This document shows positions 16,360 to 24,999 of a stretch of DNA of 53,444 bases, piece after piece (within the stretch, counting starts at the first letter, position 1; each line of letters begins with the position of its first letter). The DNA is from Chloroflexota bacterium. GTDB lineage: Bacteria > Chloroflexota > Anaerolineae > UBA1429. Both the position numbers and the translations under genes were made by a program. The stretch is from NCBI GenBank assembly GCA_036803245.1, contig DAIRUQ010000003.1, positions 1-53,444 of the forward strand, given 5' to 3'. A model generated the notes under the pieces. It saw only the letters and a list, made by a program, of their open reading frames with translations. It was not told where the DNA came from and searched no databases.

Positions 16360-18096
16360 ATGCCTATCAATGACATGACCTTTCGGATCGGCGGCGAAGC
16401 GGGCCAGGGCGTCGAGTCAGGCGCGGCGGGCTTTGCCAAGGCGCTGGCCCGCTCTGGCCTGCACCTCTGCGGCATCCCCGACTATTACTCGCGCATCCGC
16501 GGCGGGCACAACTTTTTCACGATCCGGGTCGGCGAGGAGCCCGTTCCCGCCACGCGTGACCATGTGGATCTCCTCATCGCTTTGACGGCGGAGACGGTGA
16601 CGCGCCACGTGGAGGCGCTTTCTCCAGGCGCGGCCGTTATCATCGATGACCAGCAGCCCCTTGAGGATGCTCTGCTAGAGGGCCGTGACCTGAATCTGGT
16701 GCGGCTTCCTCTGCTCGAGATCGCCAAGGGCGAGGGCAACGAGGTGATGGTCAATACCGCCGCTCTGGCTGCGGCCGCCGCCATCACCGAGCTGCCGCTC
16801 GACGCGGTGATGGACGTTATCGCCGAGAACTTTGCCAAGAAGGGCGACAAAGTCGTCGAGGCCAACCGACGTGTGGCCGAGGCGGCCTTTGACGAGGCTC
16901 TGGCAGCCCTCGAACGCCCCTTCGCGTGGAAGTTGCAGCCGATCGACGCCCCCCAGCGCGTGGTTATCAGCGCCAACCAGGCCTTTGCCATGGGCGCTCT
17001 CGTGGCTGGGTGCCAGTTCGTAGCGGGCTATCCGATGACGCCAGCCACCTCGGTGCTCGAGTACATGGCCACCCACGCCGAAGAGTGGGGCCTGGTCGTC
17101 AAGCATACAGAGAGCGAGATTGCCGCCATCAACATGTGCGTGGGGGCTGCCAATGCGGGCGTCCGCGCCATGGCGCCCACCTCGGGCGGCGGCTTTGACC
17201 TGATGACCGAGGGCCTTAGCTTGGCGGGGATGACCGAAACGCCGTTGGTGATCTACCTGGCGGGGCGACCTGGTCCCGCCACAGGGCTGGCCACGCGCAC
17301 GGCCCAAGCCGATCTGTTCCTGGCGATGCACGCGGGCCACGGCGAGTTTCCGCGCGTGATCCTGGCGCCCCACACGCCCCAGGCCTTTTTCGAGGCCGCG
17401 ATCCGTGCGTTCAACATTGCCGAGCGCTACCAGCTTCAGGTGATCGTGCTTTCGGATCAGTATGCCGCCTCGGGCATCTGGACCGTTGATGCCGACGCGT
17501 TTGACGTGGAGCACGTCCTCGTCGATCGTGGCAAGTGGCTGGCCGCGGAGGATCTGGCGTCGATGGAGTCCTATCAGCGCTATGCGATCACCGAGGATGG
17601 CGTGTCGCCTCGGGCGATTGCAGGGATCGATCCCAAGGCGGTATACCTGACGACGGGCAACGAGCACCGCGAGGATGGACATATCACCGAGGACCCCGCG
17701 ATCACGACCGCGATGACTGGCAAGCGTCTCCGCAAGCTCGAGGCAGCACGCGCCGATATCGGCGGACCGATCTGCTACGGCCCAGAAGATGCAGCCATGA
17801 CCTTTGTCTCGTGGGGGTCGACCTATGGCGCGCTGAGCGAGGCCGTCGATGCGCTGAACCGTGGCGGTGATAGCGCGAACCTGGTCCACCTGGTGGATCT
17901 GGTGCCGCTGCCGTCGGACCTGGTCCGCGAGGCTCTCGCAAGCTCCAAGAAGATCATTGTCGTTGAGGGCAACGCTCAGGGGCAGTTGGCCCAGCACCTA
18001 TGGACAGAGGCGGGCATCCGCGCTGATGAGACTCTGAAAAGGTACGATGGGCGCGGCTTTACGGCCGACTATATCCTAGAGAATATCGGGGGGTAG
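16360..18096 (+). CDS. korA: 2-oxoacid:ferredoxin oxidoreductase, alpha subunit (fused gamma-alpha type)
   Basis: 578 aa: FRIGGEAGQGVESGA... then ...GYPMTPATSVLEYM. 4-nt gap to the beta subunit. Substrate (2-oxoglutarate or pyruvate) is not decidable by eye. Confidence 0.88.
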   Translation: MPINDMTFRIGGEAGQGVESGAAGFAKALARSGLHLCGIPDYYSRIRGGHNFFTIRVGEEPVPATRDHVDLLIALTAETVTRHVEALSPGAAVIIDDQQPLEDALLEGRDLNLVRLPLLEIAKGEGNEVMVNTAALAAAAAITELPLDAVMDVIAENFAKKGDKVVEANRRVAEAAFDEALAALERPFAWKLQPIDAPQRVVISANQAFAMGALVAGCQFVAGYPMTPATSVLEYMATHAEEWGLVVKHTESEIAAINMCVGAANAGVRAMAPTSGGGFDLMTEGLSLAGMTETPLVIYLAGRPGPATGLATRTAQADLFLAMHAGHGEFPRVILAPHTPQAFFEAAIRAFNIAERYQLQVIVLSDQYAASGIWTVDADAFDVEHVLVDRGKWLAAEDLASMESYQRYAITEDGVSPRAIAGIDPKAVYLTTGNEHREDGHITEDPAITTAMTGKRLRKLEAARADIGGPICYGPEDAAMTFVSWGSTYGALSEAVDALNRGGDSANLVHLVDLVPLPSDLVREALASSKKIIVVEGNAQGQLAQHLWTEAGIRADETLKRYDGRGFTADYILENIGG

Positions 18097-18100
18097 CCAT

Positions 18101-18976
18101 ATGGTCAGCGTCAAGGACTTTTCCAATGACATTCGACCGACGTGGTGCCCTGGGTGCGGCGACTATGGCATCTGGAATTCCCTGAAGCGGGCCCTGGTGC
18201 AGGCTGAGCTTACGCCCCAACAGGTGATGCTGGTCAGCGGCATCGGCTGCGGCAGCAAGATCAGCGACTATATGACCATCAATGGGCTGCACACCCTGCA
18301 TGGTCGCGCCTTGGCCGTCGCGACGGGATACAAGCTGGCCAACCACGGCATGAAGGTGATCTGCGTCCACGGCGATGGCGACGGCTATGGCATGGGCGCG
18401 AACCATATGCTCCACGCCGTCCGCCGCAATATCGGCATCGTTGATATGGTGCAGGATAACCATGTGTATGGGCTCACCAAGGGGCAATACAGCCCCACCA
18501 GCCGCGCGGGCTTTCGCACCAAGACCTCGCCGCACGGCCCTCTGGATCGGCCCGTGAATCCGCTGGCGCTGGCGCTATCTCAGGGGGCGACCTTTGTGGC
18601 GCGCGGCTTTGCCCTGGATCTCAAGGGGCTGATCGAGCTGATGGTGATGGCCCTCGATCATCGCGGCTATGCCCTGATCGACATCATGCAGCCCTGTGTG
18701 TCGTTCAACAAGAGCATGGACTATGACTGGTTCTCCGAGCACACGTATCGCGTGGAGGACGAGGGGCACGATCCCAGCGACAGAATGGCGGCCATGGCGC
18801 GGGCGTTCGAGTACCCAGGTGGCGAGCGCATCCCGTTGGGTCTGATCTATCGCACCGAGGAGGTGCCTTCCTACGAAGAGCAGGTTCCTGCTCTGCAAGG
18901 CGGTCCGCTGGCGCAGCAGTCGCTGCGTAGCCGACCCGCGGAGGCATACCGCCAGTTGCTGGACGAGCTCGCCTAG
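18101..18976 (+). CDS. korB: 2-oxoacid:ferredoxin oxidoreductase, beta (TPP-binding) subunit
   Basis: PTWCPGCGDYGI...SGIGC...VHGDGDGYGMGANH. Confidence 0.9.
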   Translation: MVSVKDFSNDIRPTWCPGCGDYGIWNSLKRALVQAELTPQQVMLVSGIGCGSKISDYMTINGLHTLHGRALAVATGYKLANHGMKVICVHGDGDGYGMGANHMLHAVRRNIGIVDMVQDNHVYGLTKGQYSPTSRAGFRTKTSPHGPLDRPVNPLALALSQGATFVARGFALDLKGLIELMVMALDHRGYALIDIMQPCVSFNKSMDYDWFSEHTYRVEDEGHDPSDRMAAMARAFEYPGGERIPLGLIYRTEEVPSYEEQVPALQGGPLAQQSLRSRPAEAYRQLLDELA

Positions 18977-18985
18977 GAGGCCAGC

Positions 18986-19498
18986 ATGCGGGTGACGGTC
19001 TATAGCACGCCGAGCTGTCCCTACTGCCACCAGGTCAAGCAGTACCTGGGGGGGCGTGGCGTGGCTTTCGAGGACCACGACGTGTCTCGTGATCCTTCCG
19101 CCGCGCAGGAAATGCTTCGGATCTCGGGCCAGCGCGGCGTGCCAGTCGTGCAGATCGGCGACCAGGTGGTGGTTGGCTTCGATCGGCCGCGGTTGGACGC
19201 CTTGCTGGACGGCGCTGCTCGAAAGGGCATGGGGGTAGCGGTGGCCGATGCCGCCGATATGGCCGCCCGCGGCGTGACCGACCTGGCCAGCGGCGCCTAT
19301 GTGGGGCGCGTCAGGGCAGATAGCGTGGCCGCGCGGGCTGGCATCGCGGCGGGCGATGTGATCGTATCGCTGGCGGGGGAGCCTGTGCGCTCCGCGGCCA
19401 GCCTGGAGACGTTGGTGGCGCGGGTTCCCGAGGGCCGCGCTGTGTCAGTCGAATACGTCCGCAATGGGCGGCGTTTCAACGTAACATTGGAGCTCTAG
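18986..19498 (+). CDS. glutaredoxin-like (CPYC) domain fused to a PDZ domain
   Basis: N-terminus: VTVYSTPSCPYCHQVKQYL...GVPVVQIGDQVVVGFD (Grx/NrdH fold). C-terminus: GAYVGRVRADSVAARAGIAAGDVIVSLAGEPVRSAASLETLV...VEYVRNGRRFNVTLEL (PDZ). Confidence 0.8.
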   Translation: MRVTVYSTPSCPYCHQVKQYLGGRGVAFEDHDVSRDPSAAQEMLRISGQRGVPVVQIGDQVVVGFDRPRLDALLDGAARKGMGVAVADAADMAARGVTDLASGAYVGRVRADSVAARAGIAAGDVIVSLAGEPVRSAASLETLVARVPEGRAVSVEYVRNGRRFNVTLEL

Positions 19499-19540
19499 CA
19501 GCCATCGCGCGGCGATGGCCCAACGATGGGAGGGACCAGA

Positions 19541-20038
19541 ATGTCGACCAAGGATGCCGCTCTGCAGGCGCTCAGCCAGGCTTTGCGTCTGGAGCAAGAG
19601 GGGCGCGCCTTTTATCTGCAGGCGGCCAAGGACACGGTGGATGAAAAGGGCCAGGCCATGTTCCTCTCGCTGGCCGACGATGAAGCCAAGCATGCTGATA
19701 TGATCCAGCGGCAGTTCCATGCCATTGAAGGCGGCGGCGACTATGTCCTGCTGCCTGATCTACAGGTTGCCGAGATCGACCTGGGGAAAAAGCTGTTCCC
19801 GCCCGACGCCGACGCCATCCGCGGCGCAGCGGATCAGGCCACCAACGAGCTCGAGGTGCTGCACCTGGCGCTCGACAACGAGATCAAGAGCTATGACCTC
19901 TATTGCGAGGCGGCCGATTCCACAGAAGACGATGCGGGGCGTGCCATGTACGCGTGGCTGGCCCAGGCCGAGAGGCAGCACTTTGATCTGCTCATGAGCA
20001 ACTGGGAATCCCTAACCGCCATGGGCGGCTGGGTCTAG
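19541..20038 (+). CDS. rubrerythrin-like diiron protein ('erythrin'), paralog 2
   Basis: LEQEGRAFY, ADDEAKHADM, LDNEIKSYDLY, AQAERQHFDL. GGGAGGGA precedes the ATG at 19541. The ORF-track start is 19526. Confidence 0.75.
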   Translation: MSTKDAALQALSQALRLEQEGRAFYLQAAKDTVDEKGQAMFLSLADDEAKHADMIQRQFHAIEGGGDYVLLPDLQVAEIDLGKKLFPPDADAIRGAADQATNELEVLHLALDNEIKSYDLYCEAADSTEDDAGRAMYAWLAQAERQHFDLLMSNWESLTAMGGWV

Positions 20039-20071
20039 CGATCCGCCAGACGGGTCGGAGAGGAGACATTC

Positions 20072-20599
20072 ATGTCGACAGCCAAGAGCCTCGAGGTCCT
20101 CAAGCGAGGGATGAAGACCGAGCTCTGGGGACAGCGTTTCTACCGCGAGGCCGTCGCTCGCACAGAGTCTGAGGACGGCAAGCGCGTATTCCAGAGCCTG
20201 GTCGACGAAGAGGGCAAGCATCTCGATATTCTTCGAGGGCAGTACGCCAGCCTGTCTGAGCAGGGTGGTTGGGTTTCACCCAGCCATGCGCTAGAGATGG
20301 CCGAGGCGGCCGAATCGACGCACATCTTTCCTGAGGCCGAGGATGTAGAGCAGCTCATCGCCGATGACACCACCGACCTGGGTGCGCTCGAGATGGCCAT
20401 GGAGTTCGAACGACGCGGCTATGAGCAGTACATGGACAATGCTGAGGATGCTGATTCGCCCGAGGCGCAGGATCTGTGGCGCACCCTGGCGGATTGGGAA
20501 GACCAGCACTTTGCCTTCCTGCAAAAGAGTCACGACTTTTTGAGCAGCAACGGGTCTTGGTACTTTGACGAAGAGGAGCTTCCCTTCTTTGAGGGCTGA
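20072..20599 (+). CDS. rubrerythrin-like diiron protein ('erythrin'), paralog 3
   Basis: TELWGQRFY, VDEEGKHLDI, MEFERRGYEQY, ADWEDQHFAF. Confidence 0.75.
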   Translation: MSTAKSLEVLKRGMKTELWGQRFYREAVARTESEDGKRVFQSLVDEEGKHLDILRGQYASLSEQGGWVSPSHALEMAEAAESTHIFPEAEDVEQLIADDTTDLGALEMAMEFERRGYEQYMDNAEDADSPEAQDLWRTLADWEDQHFAFLQKSHDFLSSNGSWYFDEEELPFFEG

Positions 20600-20626
20600 T
20601 AGGCCTCTAGGAATCGACGGCTCGCG

Positions 20627-21337
20627 ATGATCGGGACATTCATCAACGCCGCCGCCGTGCTCGTGGGCGGCGGCCTTGGTACGTGGTTGGGGCAGCGGCT
20701 CCCGCCACGGATCCGCGACACCGTGCAGAACGGCCTGGGCCTGGTGACCATGCTGGCGGGCCTGCAGATGGCCTTGCAGACCGAGAACATCCTCATCACC
20801 ATGGGGAGCCTGCTGGTAGGTGGCATCCTGGGCGAATGGTGGCATCTGGATGAGGGCCTCACCAGGATGGGCGACCGCCTCAAGGCGTTCACGGCCCAAC
20901 GGCTGGGTACGGGCAACCTGGGGCTGTTCACGGAAGGGTTTGTCACCGCGAGCCTGGTGTTCTGCGTGGGGCCGATGACCGTGCTCGGCTCGATTCAGGA
21001 CGGCCTCACGGGCGACTATACCCTGCTGGCGATCAAATCCATGCTGGATGGCTTTGCCGCCCTGGTGTTCTCGTCGTCGATGGGCATTGGCGTGGTGTTC
21101 TCGGTGCTGACGATCCTGCTGTTCCAGGGGGCCATCACGTTGGGGGCTGGCGCGGTCCAGACGATCCTCACCGACGCCATGATCGCCGAGATGACAGCGG
21201 TCGGTGGGGTCATCATTATCGGCATTGCGCTGTTGCTGCTGGACCTCAAGCGGATCCGCATTGCCAGCTTTTTGCCGTCTTTGGCCATCGCTCCTGCTCT
21301 GGTTTGGCTACTGACCGCCTTGGGCGTGGCCTGGTAG
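20627..21337 (+). CDS. DUF554-family integral membrane protein
   Basis: MIGTFINAAAVLVGGGLGTWLG... Polytopic and hydrophobic throughout. Family assignment is from memory of YdfK/YqgA-like N-termini. Confidence 0.75.
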   Translation: MIGTFINAAAVLVGGGLGTWLGQRLPPRIRDTVQNGLGLVTMLAGLQMALQTENILITMGSLLVGGILGEWWHLDEGLTRMGDRLKAFTAQRLGTGNLGLFTEGFVTASLVFCVGPMTVLGSIQDGLTGDYTLLAIKSMLDGFAALVFSSSMGIGVVFSVLTILLFQGAITLGAGAVQTILTDAMIAEMTAVGGVIIIGIALLLLDLKRIRIASFLPSLAIAPALVWLLTALGVAW

Positions 21338-21360
21338 AAGGACAAGCCAAGTGACGGGGA

Positions 21361-21389
21361 GGGGGGTATGGCCAGCGGCCATACCCCCC
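21361..21389. terminator. 13-bp GC hairpin, bidirectional terminator between DUF554 (+) and the AIM24-like gene (-)
   Basis: GGGGGGTATGGCC-agc-GGCCATACCCCCC followed by TTGGCG. Confidence 0.7.
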
Positions 21390-21407
21390 TTGGCGTCAAA
21401 ACGCGCG

Positions 21408-22088
21408 CTAGCCCTTGCTGGGGATATACTTGGAGATCTTTTGGGCCAGATTCGCGATGGGCATGCTCTGGAGCCAGATGTGCCCAGGCCCCTTGAGCGT
21501 GGCCAGAAAGAGCCCCTCGCCCGAAAAGAGGGCGTTGGTGATTCCCTTGACGGTGCTGATGTCATAGTCCACGCTGGGCTCATACAGCGCAATGTGGCCT
21601 GGGTCGACTTGCATGACTTGGCCCGCGGCCAGGTCATAGTCGCGGACGTCTCCCGCGATCTCCAGGAACACGGTGCCTGGCCCGCTGATCTTTTGCAGGA
21701 TAAAGCCTTCACCACCGAACAGGCCCGCGCCCAGCCGCTTGCGAAAGTGCATCTCCACGGAGACGCTCTCTTCAGCCGCCATAAAGGTGTCTTTCTGGCA
21801 GATCAGGCTTTGGCCAGAGCCGAGCTCGAACACCAGGATCCTGCCAGGCGCTTCTGGCGTAAAGGTGACCATGGAAGATCCGCGATTGCAGCGGTACGAC
21901 GTCATGAACAATGATTCGCCCGCCAGTTTACGACCGAGGCCCGCCATGAGGCCTCCGCGTGTGTTGGTGTTCATGGCAACATCGCCCTGCATCCAGGCCA
22001 TCCCACCCGACTCGGTAAAGACCGACTCGCCCGCTTCCAGGTAGATGTCCACCGACGGCAGGACCGATCCGTTGATCTCGTAGCGCAT
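21408..22088 (-). CDS. AIM24/DUF124 (TIGR00266) family protein
   Basis: MRYEINGSVLPSVDIYLEAGESVFTESGGMAWMQGDV... from the ATG at 22086-22088 after GGAGGAGGGAG. The ORF-track start at 22124 is over-extended. Confidence 0.8.
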   Translation of the reverse strand: MRYEINGSVLPSVDIYLEAGESVFTESGGMAWMQGDVAMNTNTRGGLMAGLGRKLAGESLFMTSYRCNRGSSMVTFTPEAPGRILVFELGSGQSLICQKDTFMAAEESVSVEMHFRKRLGAGLFGGEGFILQKISGPGTVFLEIAGDVRDYDLAAGQVMQVDPGHIALYEPSVDYDISTVKGITNALFSGEGLFLATLKGPGHIWLQSMPIANLAQKISKYIPSKG

Positions 22089-22281
22089 GGTACTCCCTCC
22101 TCCGTGCCGTGACCGGCCGCGCACCCGCGACGGGCGGTCTCTTTGATGGAGAGATTATAGGGCAGGCGACGGGCTTCGCAAGTGCCTCGCGCGCTACCCC
22201 CATCCTCTTGGCGCCCCCCGGGAAAATGGACACTGCCGAGCCGTCGGCCTATACTAGTATGAGTGCTTACAAGATCCGAGG

Positions 22282-22824
22282 ATGGATATGGCTGTTCTAG
22301 ATATTGTCACGTCCGAGAATCCAGCTCTCCGAGAAAAGTCCAAGCGAGTGACCAGCTTTGGGTCGGGGTTGGAGAGCCTGGTGACCAGCATGTTCGAGAC
22401 GCTGCACTCTGCCAACGGGCTGGGACTAGCGGCTCCCCAGGTGGGGGTGCAGCAGCGCGTTTTCATCGTCGAGCTTCCCGAGGAGCTGGACGAAGAAGGC
22501 CAAGTGGAGCTTCCGGCCGAGAGCTATGTGCTCGTCAATCCCGAGATCGTCCGACGGCGCGGTGAACAAGAGATGGTCGAGGGATGCTTGTCGGTGCCCG
22601 GCTATCGTGGCATGGTCAAGCGCAACACCTTTGTGGTGATCAAGGGGCAAGACCTGACGGGCCGCAACGTGCGTTACCGCGCCGAGGGGCTCTTGGCTCA
22701 GGCCTTTCAGCACGAGCTGGACCATCTCGATGGAATCCTCTACATCGATCGCGTCGAGAGCGCTGACAAGCTATGGCAGATCCCTGTGGGGATGGAAGAG
22801 ATCGACGATGAGGACGAGGTCTAG
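22282..22824 (+). CDS. def: peptide deformylase
   Basis: GLGLAAPQVG, EGCLSVPG and HELDHLDG motifs. Confidence 0.95.
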   Translation: MDMAVLDIVTSENPALREKSKRVTSFGSGLESLVTSMFETLHSANGLGLAAPQVGVQQRVFIVELPEELDEEGQVELPAESYVLVNPEIVRRRGEQEMVEGCLSVPGYRGMVKRNTFVVIKGQDLTGRNVRYRAEGLLAQAFQHELDHLDGILYIDRVESADKLWQIPVGMEEIDDEDEV

Positions 22825-23585
22825 TCAGCGTCGCCGATGGCTGGCAACGGGTCCTGGCGAGGAGCGCTAGCCAGGTTCAGGTGCTCGAGCAACATGGCGG
22901 CCCGCGGCAAGATCAGGTCTGCCCCCGCCTTTTCCAGTTCGCCCCTCACGCCAAACCCCGAGAGCACAGCGACTGCATAGGCGCCGGCGCGCTTGGCCGC
23001 GCGCACGTCGGCGGTGGTGTCGCCAACCATCGCGCAATCGCTGGGAGATACCCCTAACCGCTTGGCTGCCTTGAGCACTGGCTCGGGGTGTGGCTTCATC
23101 CGGATGACGTCCTGTCGAGTGATCACGATCGGGAACAGCGTCTGCAGTCCAGCCTGGCGCACAAAGGCCTCGGCCTCGGGTCGCGCACGCGTGGTAACGA
23201 CGGCTAACAGGTAGCGTCCTCGTAAAGCCTCCAGCAGCTCGATCGAGCCGGCCACCAGCTCAGACTCGCCCCTGGTGGCCAACCCCTTGGCGGCGCGCAC
23301 CCGGTCTGCCAACCCGAAAAAGCTGCTACCGATTCCCACATGCTCGAGCGCCGACATGACATAGTTGGCCGGTGATTCGATGCCCATCACCAAATGCCGC
23401 GCAAGCGCCTGGGCGTCTACACGCGGGATCAGACGCTCCAGCCAGCGTAGCTTTTGTGCCAGCGTCTCGGCCCAGCGGTTGTCCGTCTCGATGAGCGTGC
23501 CATCGAGGTCGAACAAGATCGCTTTGGGAGCGAGACCGGGCAACGTTGGGTCATGCGTGCCCTGCTGGCTCACTGAGCCTCTCAC
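22821..23585 (-). CDS. HAD-superfamily phosphatase (last gene of the his operon)
   Basis: AILFDLDGTLIETD (motif I), VVTTR, GDTTADVRAAKRAG. Its GTG start abuts the hisE stop with no gap. Confidence 0.85.
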   Translation of the reverse strand: MRGSVSQQGTHDPTLPGLAPKAILFDLDGTLIETDNRWAETLAQKLRWLERLIPRVDAQALARHLVMGIESPANYVMSALEHVGIGSSFFGLADRVRAAKGLATRGESELVAGSIELLEALRGRYLLAVVTTRARPEAEAFVRQAGLQTLFPIVITRQDVIRMKPHPEPVLKAAKRLGVSPSDCAMVGDTTADVRAAKRAGAYAVAVLSGFGVRGELEKAGADLILPRAAMLLEHLNLASAPRQDPLPAIGDAD

Positions 23586-23870
23586 CTAGCCGAACCGCCG
23601 CGCCAACTCGGCCAGCACGTCATCCCATGCGAGCCCCTTGGACGCCAGCATCACCAGTAGATGATAGATCAGGTCCGCCGTCTCGTAGACGAGGCGCTCG
23701 TCGCTCTCGATGGCGCCAGCCACCACCACCTCGGCAGCTTCCTCCCCCACCTTCTTCAGGATCTTTTGCGGGCCGGCCTCGAGCAGCGCGCAGGTATACG
23801 AGCCCTCGCGGGGAGCTTGCTTTCGATTCTCGATCACGCTACACAGTGCGGCGATGACATCTTGGGTCAT
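23586..23870 (-). CDS. hisE: phosphoribosyl-ATP pyrophosphohydrolase
   Basis: [28 protein letters not shown]...[13 protein letters not shown]. Confidence 0.93.
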   Translation of the reverse strand: MTQDVIAALCSVIENRKQAPREGSYTCALLEAGPQKILKKVGEEAAEVVVAGAIESDERLVYETADLIYHLLVMLASKGLAWDDVLAELARRFG

Positions 23871-24232
23871 GATCTCTCCTGCGCTCCGCCCAGGCGGCGG
23901 TAGAAACAGCTAACAGCTCCGGTGTGGCAGGCCGGGCCCGCCGGCGATACCAACATCAGCAGCGTATCCGCATCGCAATCGACCAGGATCTCATGGATGC
24001 GTTGGATGTTGCCAGAGGTCGCTCCCTTGTGCCAGAGGCATTGGCGGCTTCGGCTCCAGAACCAGGTCTCGCTGGTCTCCAGGCACCGTTCCAGCGAGAC
24101 GCGGTTTACCCAGGCGACCATCAGCACCTGCCGTGTGTTGGCATCCTGAACCACGGCCGGCAAGAGCCCATCGGCGCTCCATCGCAGGGCTTCGAGGTCG
24201 ACCGAACCCAACGATCCCACGTCTTTGGCCAT
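23867..24232 (-). CDS. hisI: phosphoribosyl-AMP cyclohydrolase
   Basis: [22 protein letters not shown]...[19 protein letters not shown]...DCDADTLL. Confidence 0.93.
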   Translation of the reverse strand: MAKDVGSLGSVDLEALRWSADGLLPAVVQDANTRQVLMVAWVNRVSLERCLETSETWFWSRSRQCLWHKGATSGNIQRIHEILVDCDADTLLMLVSPAGPACHTGAVSCFYRRLGGAQERS

Positions 24233-24239
24233 GTCGTCC

Positions 24240-24998
24240 TTACGTCCTCACCGGCACGCTGCGCTCAGCCAGGTATTCCTTGACGTCGCTGACACGGTAC
24301 TCTTGGTAGTGAAACAGCGATGCCGCCAGGGCCGCGCTGGCCTGGCCATCGGTTAGCACCTGGTAAAAATGGTCCAGCGCTCCCGCGCCGCCCGAGGCGA
24401 TGACCGGGATGGACACGGCCTCGGCCACTTGGCGAGTCAGCTCGAGGTCATAGCCATCCTTGGTGCCGTCGCGATCCATGCTGGTGAGCAGAATCTCGCC
24501 CGCACCACGGGCCTCGACCTCCTGTGCCCAGGCCACGGCCTCCTTGCCGGTGGGAATCCGTCCGCCGCTGATAAACACCTCAAAGCGTCCGTCGTCACTG
24601 CGCCTGGCGTCGATGGCGACCACGATGCACTGGCTGCCGAAACGCTTGGCGCCCTCGTCGATCAGCTCTGGCGTGCGGATGGCCGCGCTGTTGATAGAGG
24701 TCTTGTCGGCGCCGGCCAGCAGAACGGCGCGCAGGTCATCCACGGTGCGCAACCCACCACCCACCGTAAACGGGATGTTGACGACATCGGCCACGCGCCG
24801 CACCATGTCGGAGACAATGTCGCGGCTCTCGTGTGACGCGGTGATGTCGAGGAACACCAGCTCGTCGGCTCGCTCGTCGGAATAGATCCTGGCCTGTTCC
24901 ACCGGATCGCCGGCGTCGCGCAGGTTCACAAAGTTGATGCCCTTGACGACGCGGCCGTTCATGACGTCCAGGCAGGGAATGATCCGTTTGGCTAGCAT
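24240..24998 (-). CDS. hisF: imidazole glycerol phosphate synthase, cyclase subunit
   Basis: [33 protein letters not shown]... Confidence 0.96.
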   Translation of the reverse strand: MLAKRIIPCLDVMNGRVVKGINFVNLRDAGDPVEQARIYSDERADELVFLDITASHESRDIVSDMVRRVADVVNIPFTVGGGLRTVDDLRAVLLAGADKTSINSAAIRTPELIDEGAKRFGSQCIVVAIDARRSDDGRFEVFISGGRIPTGKEAVAWAQEVEARGAGEILLTSMDRDGTKDGYDLELTRQVAEAVSIPVIASGGAGALDHFYQVLTDGQASAALAASLFHYQEYRVSDVKEYLAERSVPVRT

Positions 24999-24999
24999 A

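Noticed and set aside
16675-17997. 440-aa minus-strand ORF inside korA, with similar antisense ORFs over hisD/hisC, glpK, thrS and GT39
   Set aside because: These are shadow ORFs opposite confidently identified genes, with Arg/Gly/Pro-rich nonsense-like composition.
12481-20599. Additional encapsulin cargo among the erythrins, rubredoxin, reductase, KorAB or Grx-PDZ
   Set aside because: None of their C-termini (…LFLQDN, …EQIED, …KAHGS, …LDELA, …VTLEL, …MGGWV, …PFFEG) or N-termini resembles a GSL-type loading peptide. Only the tandem diiron protein does.
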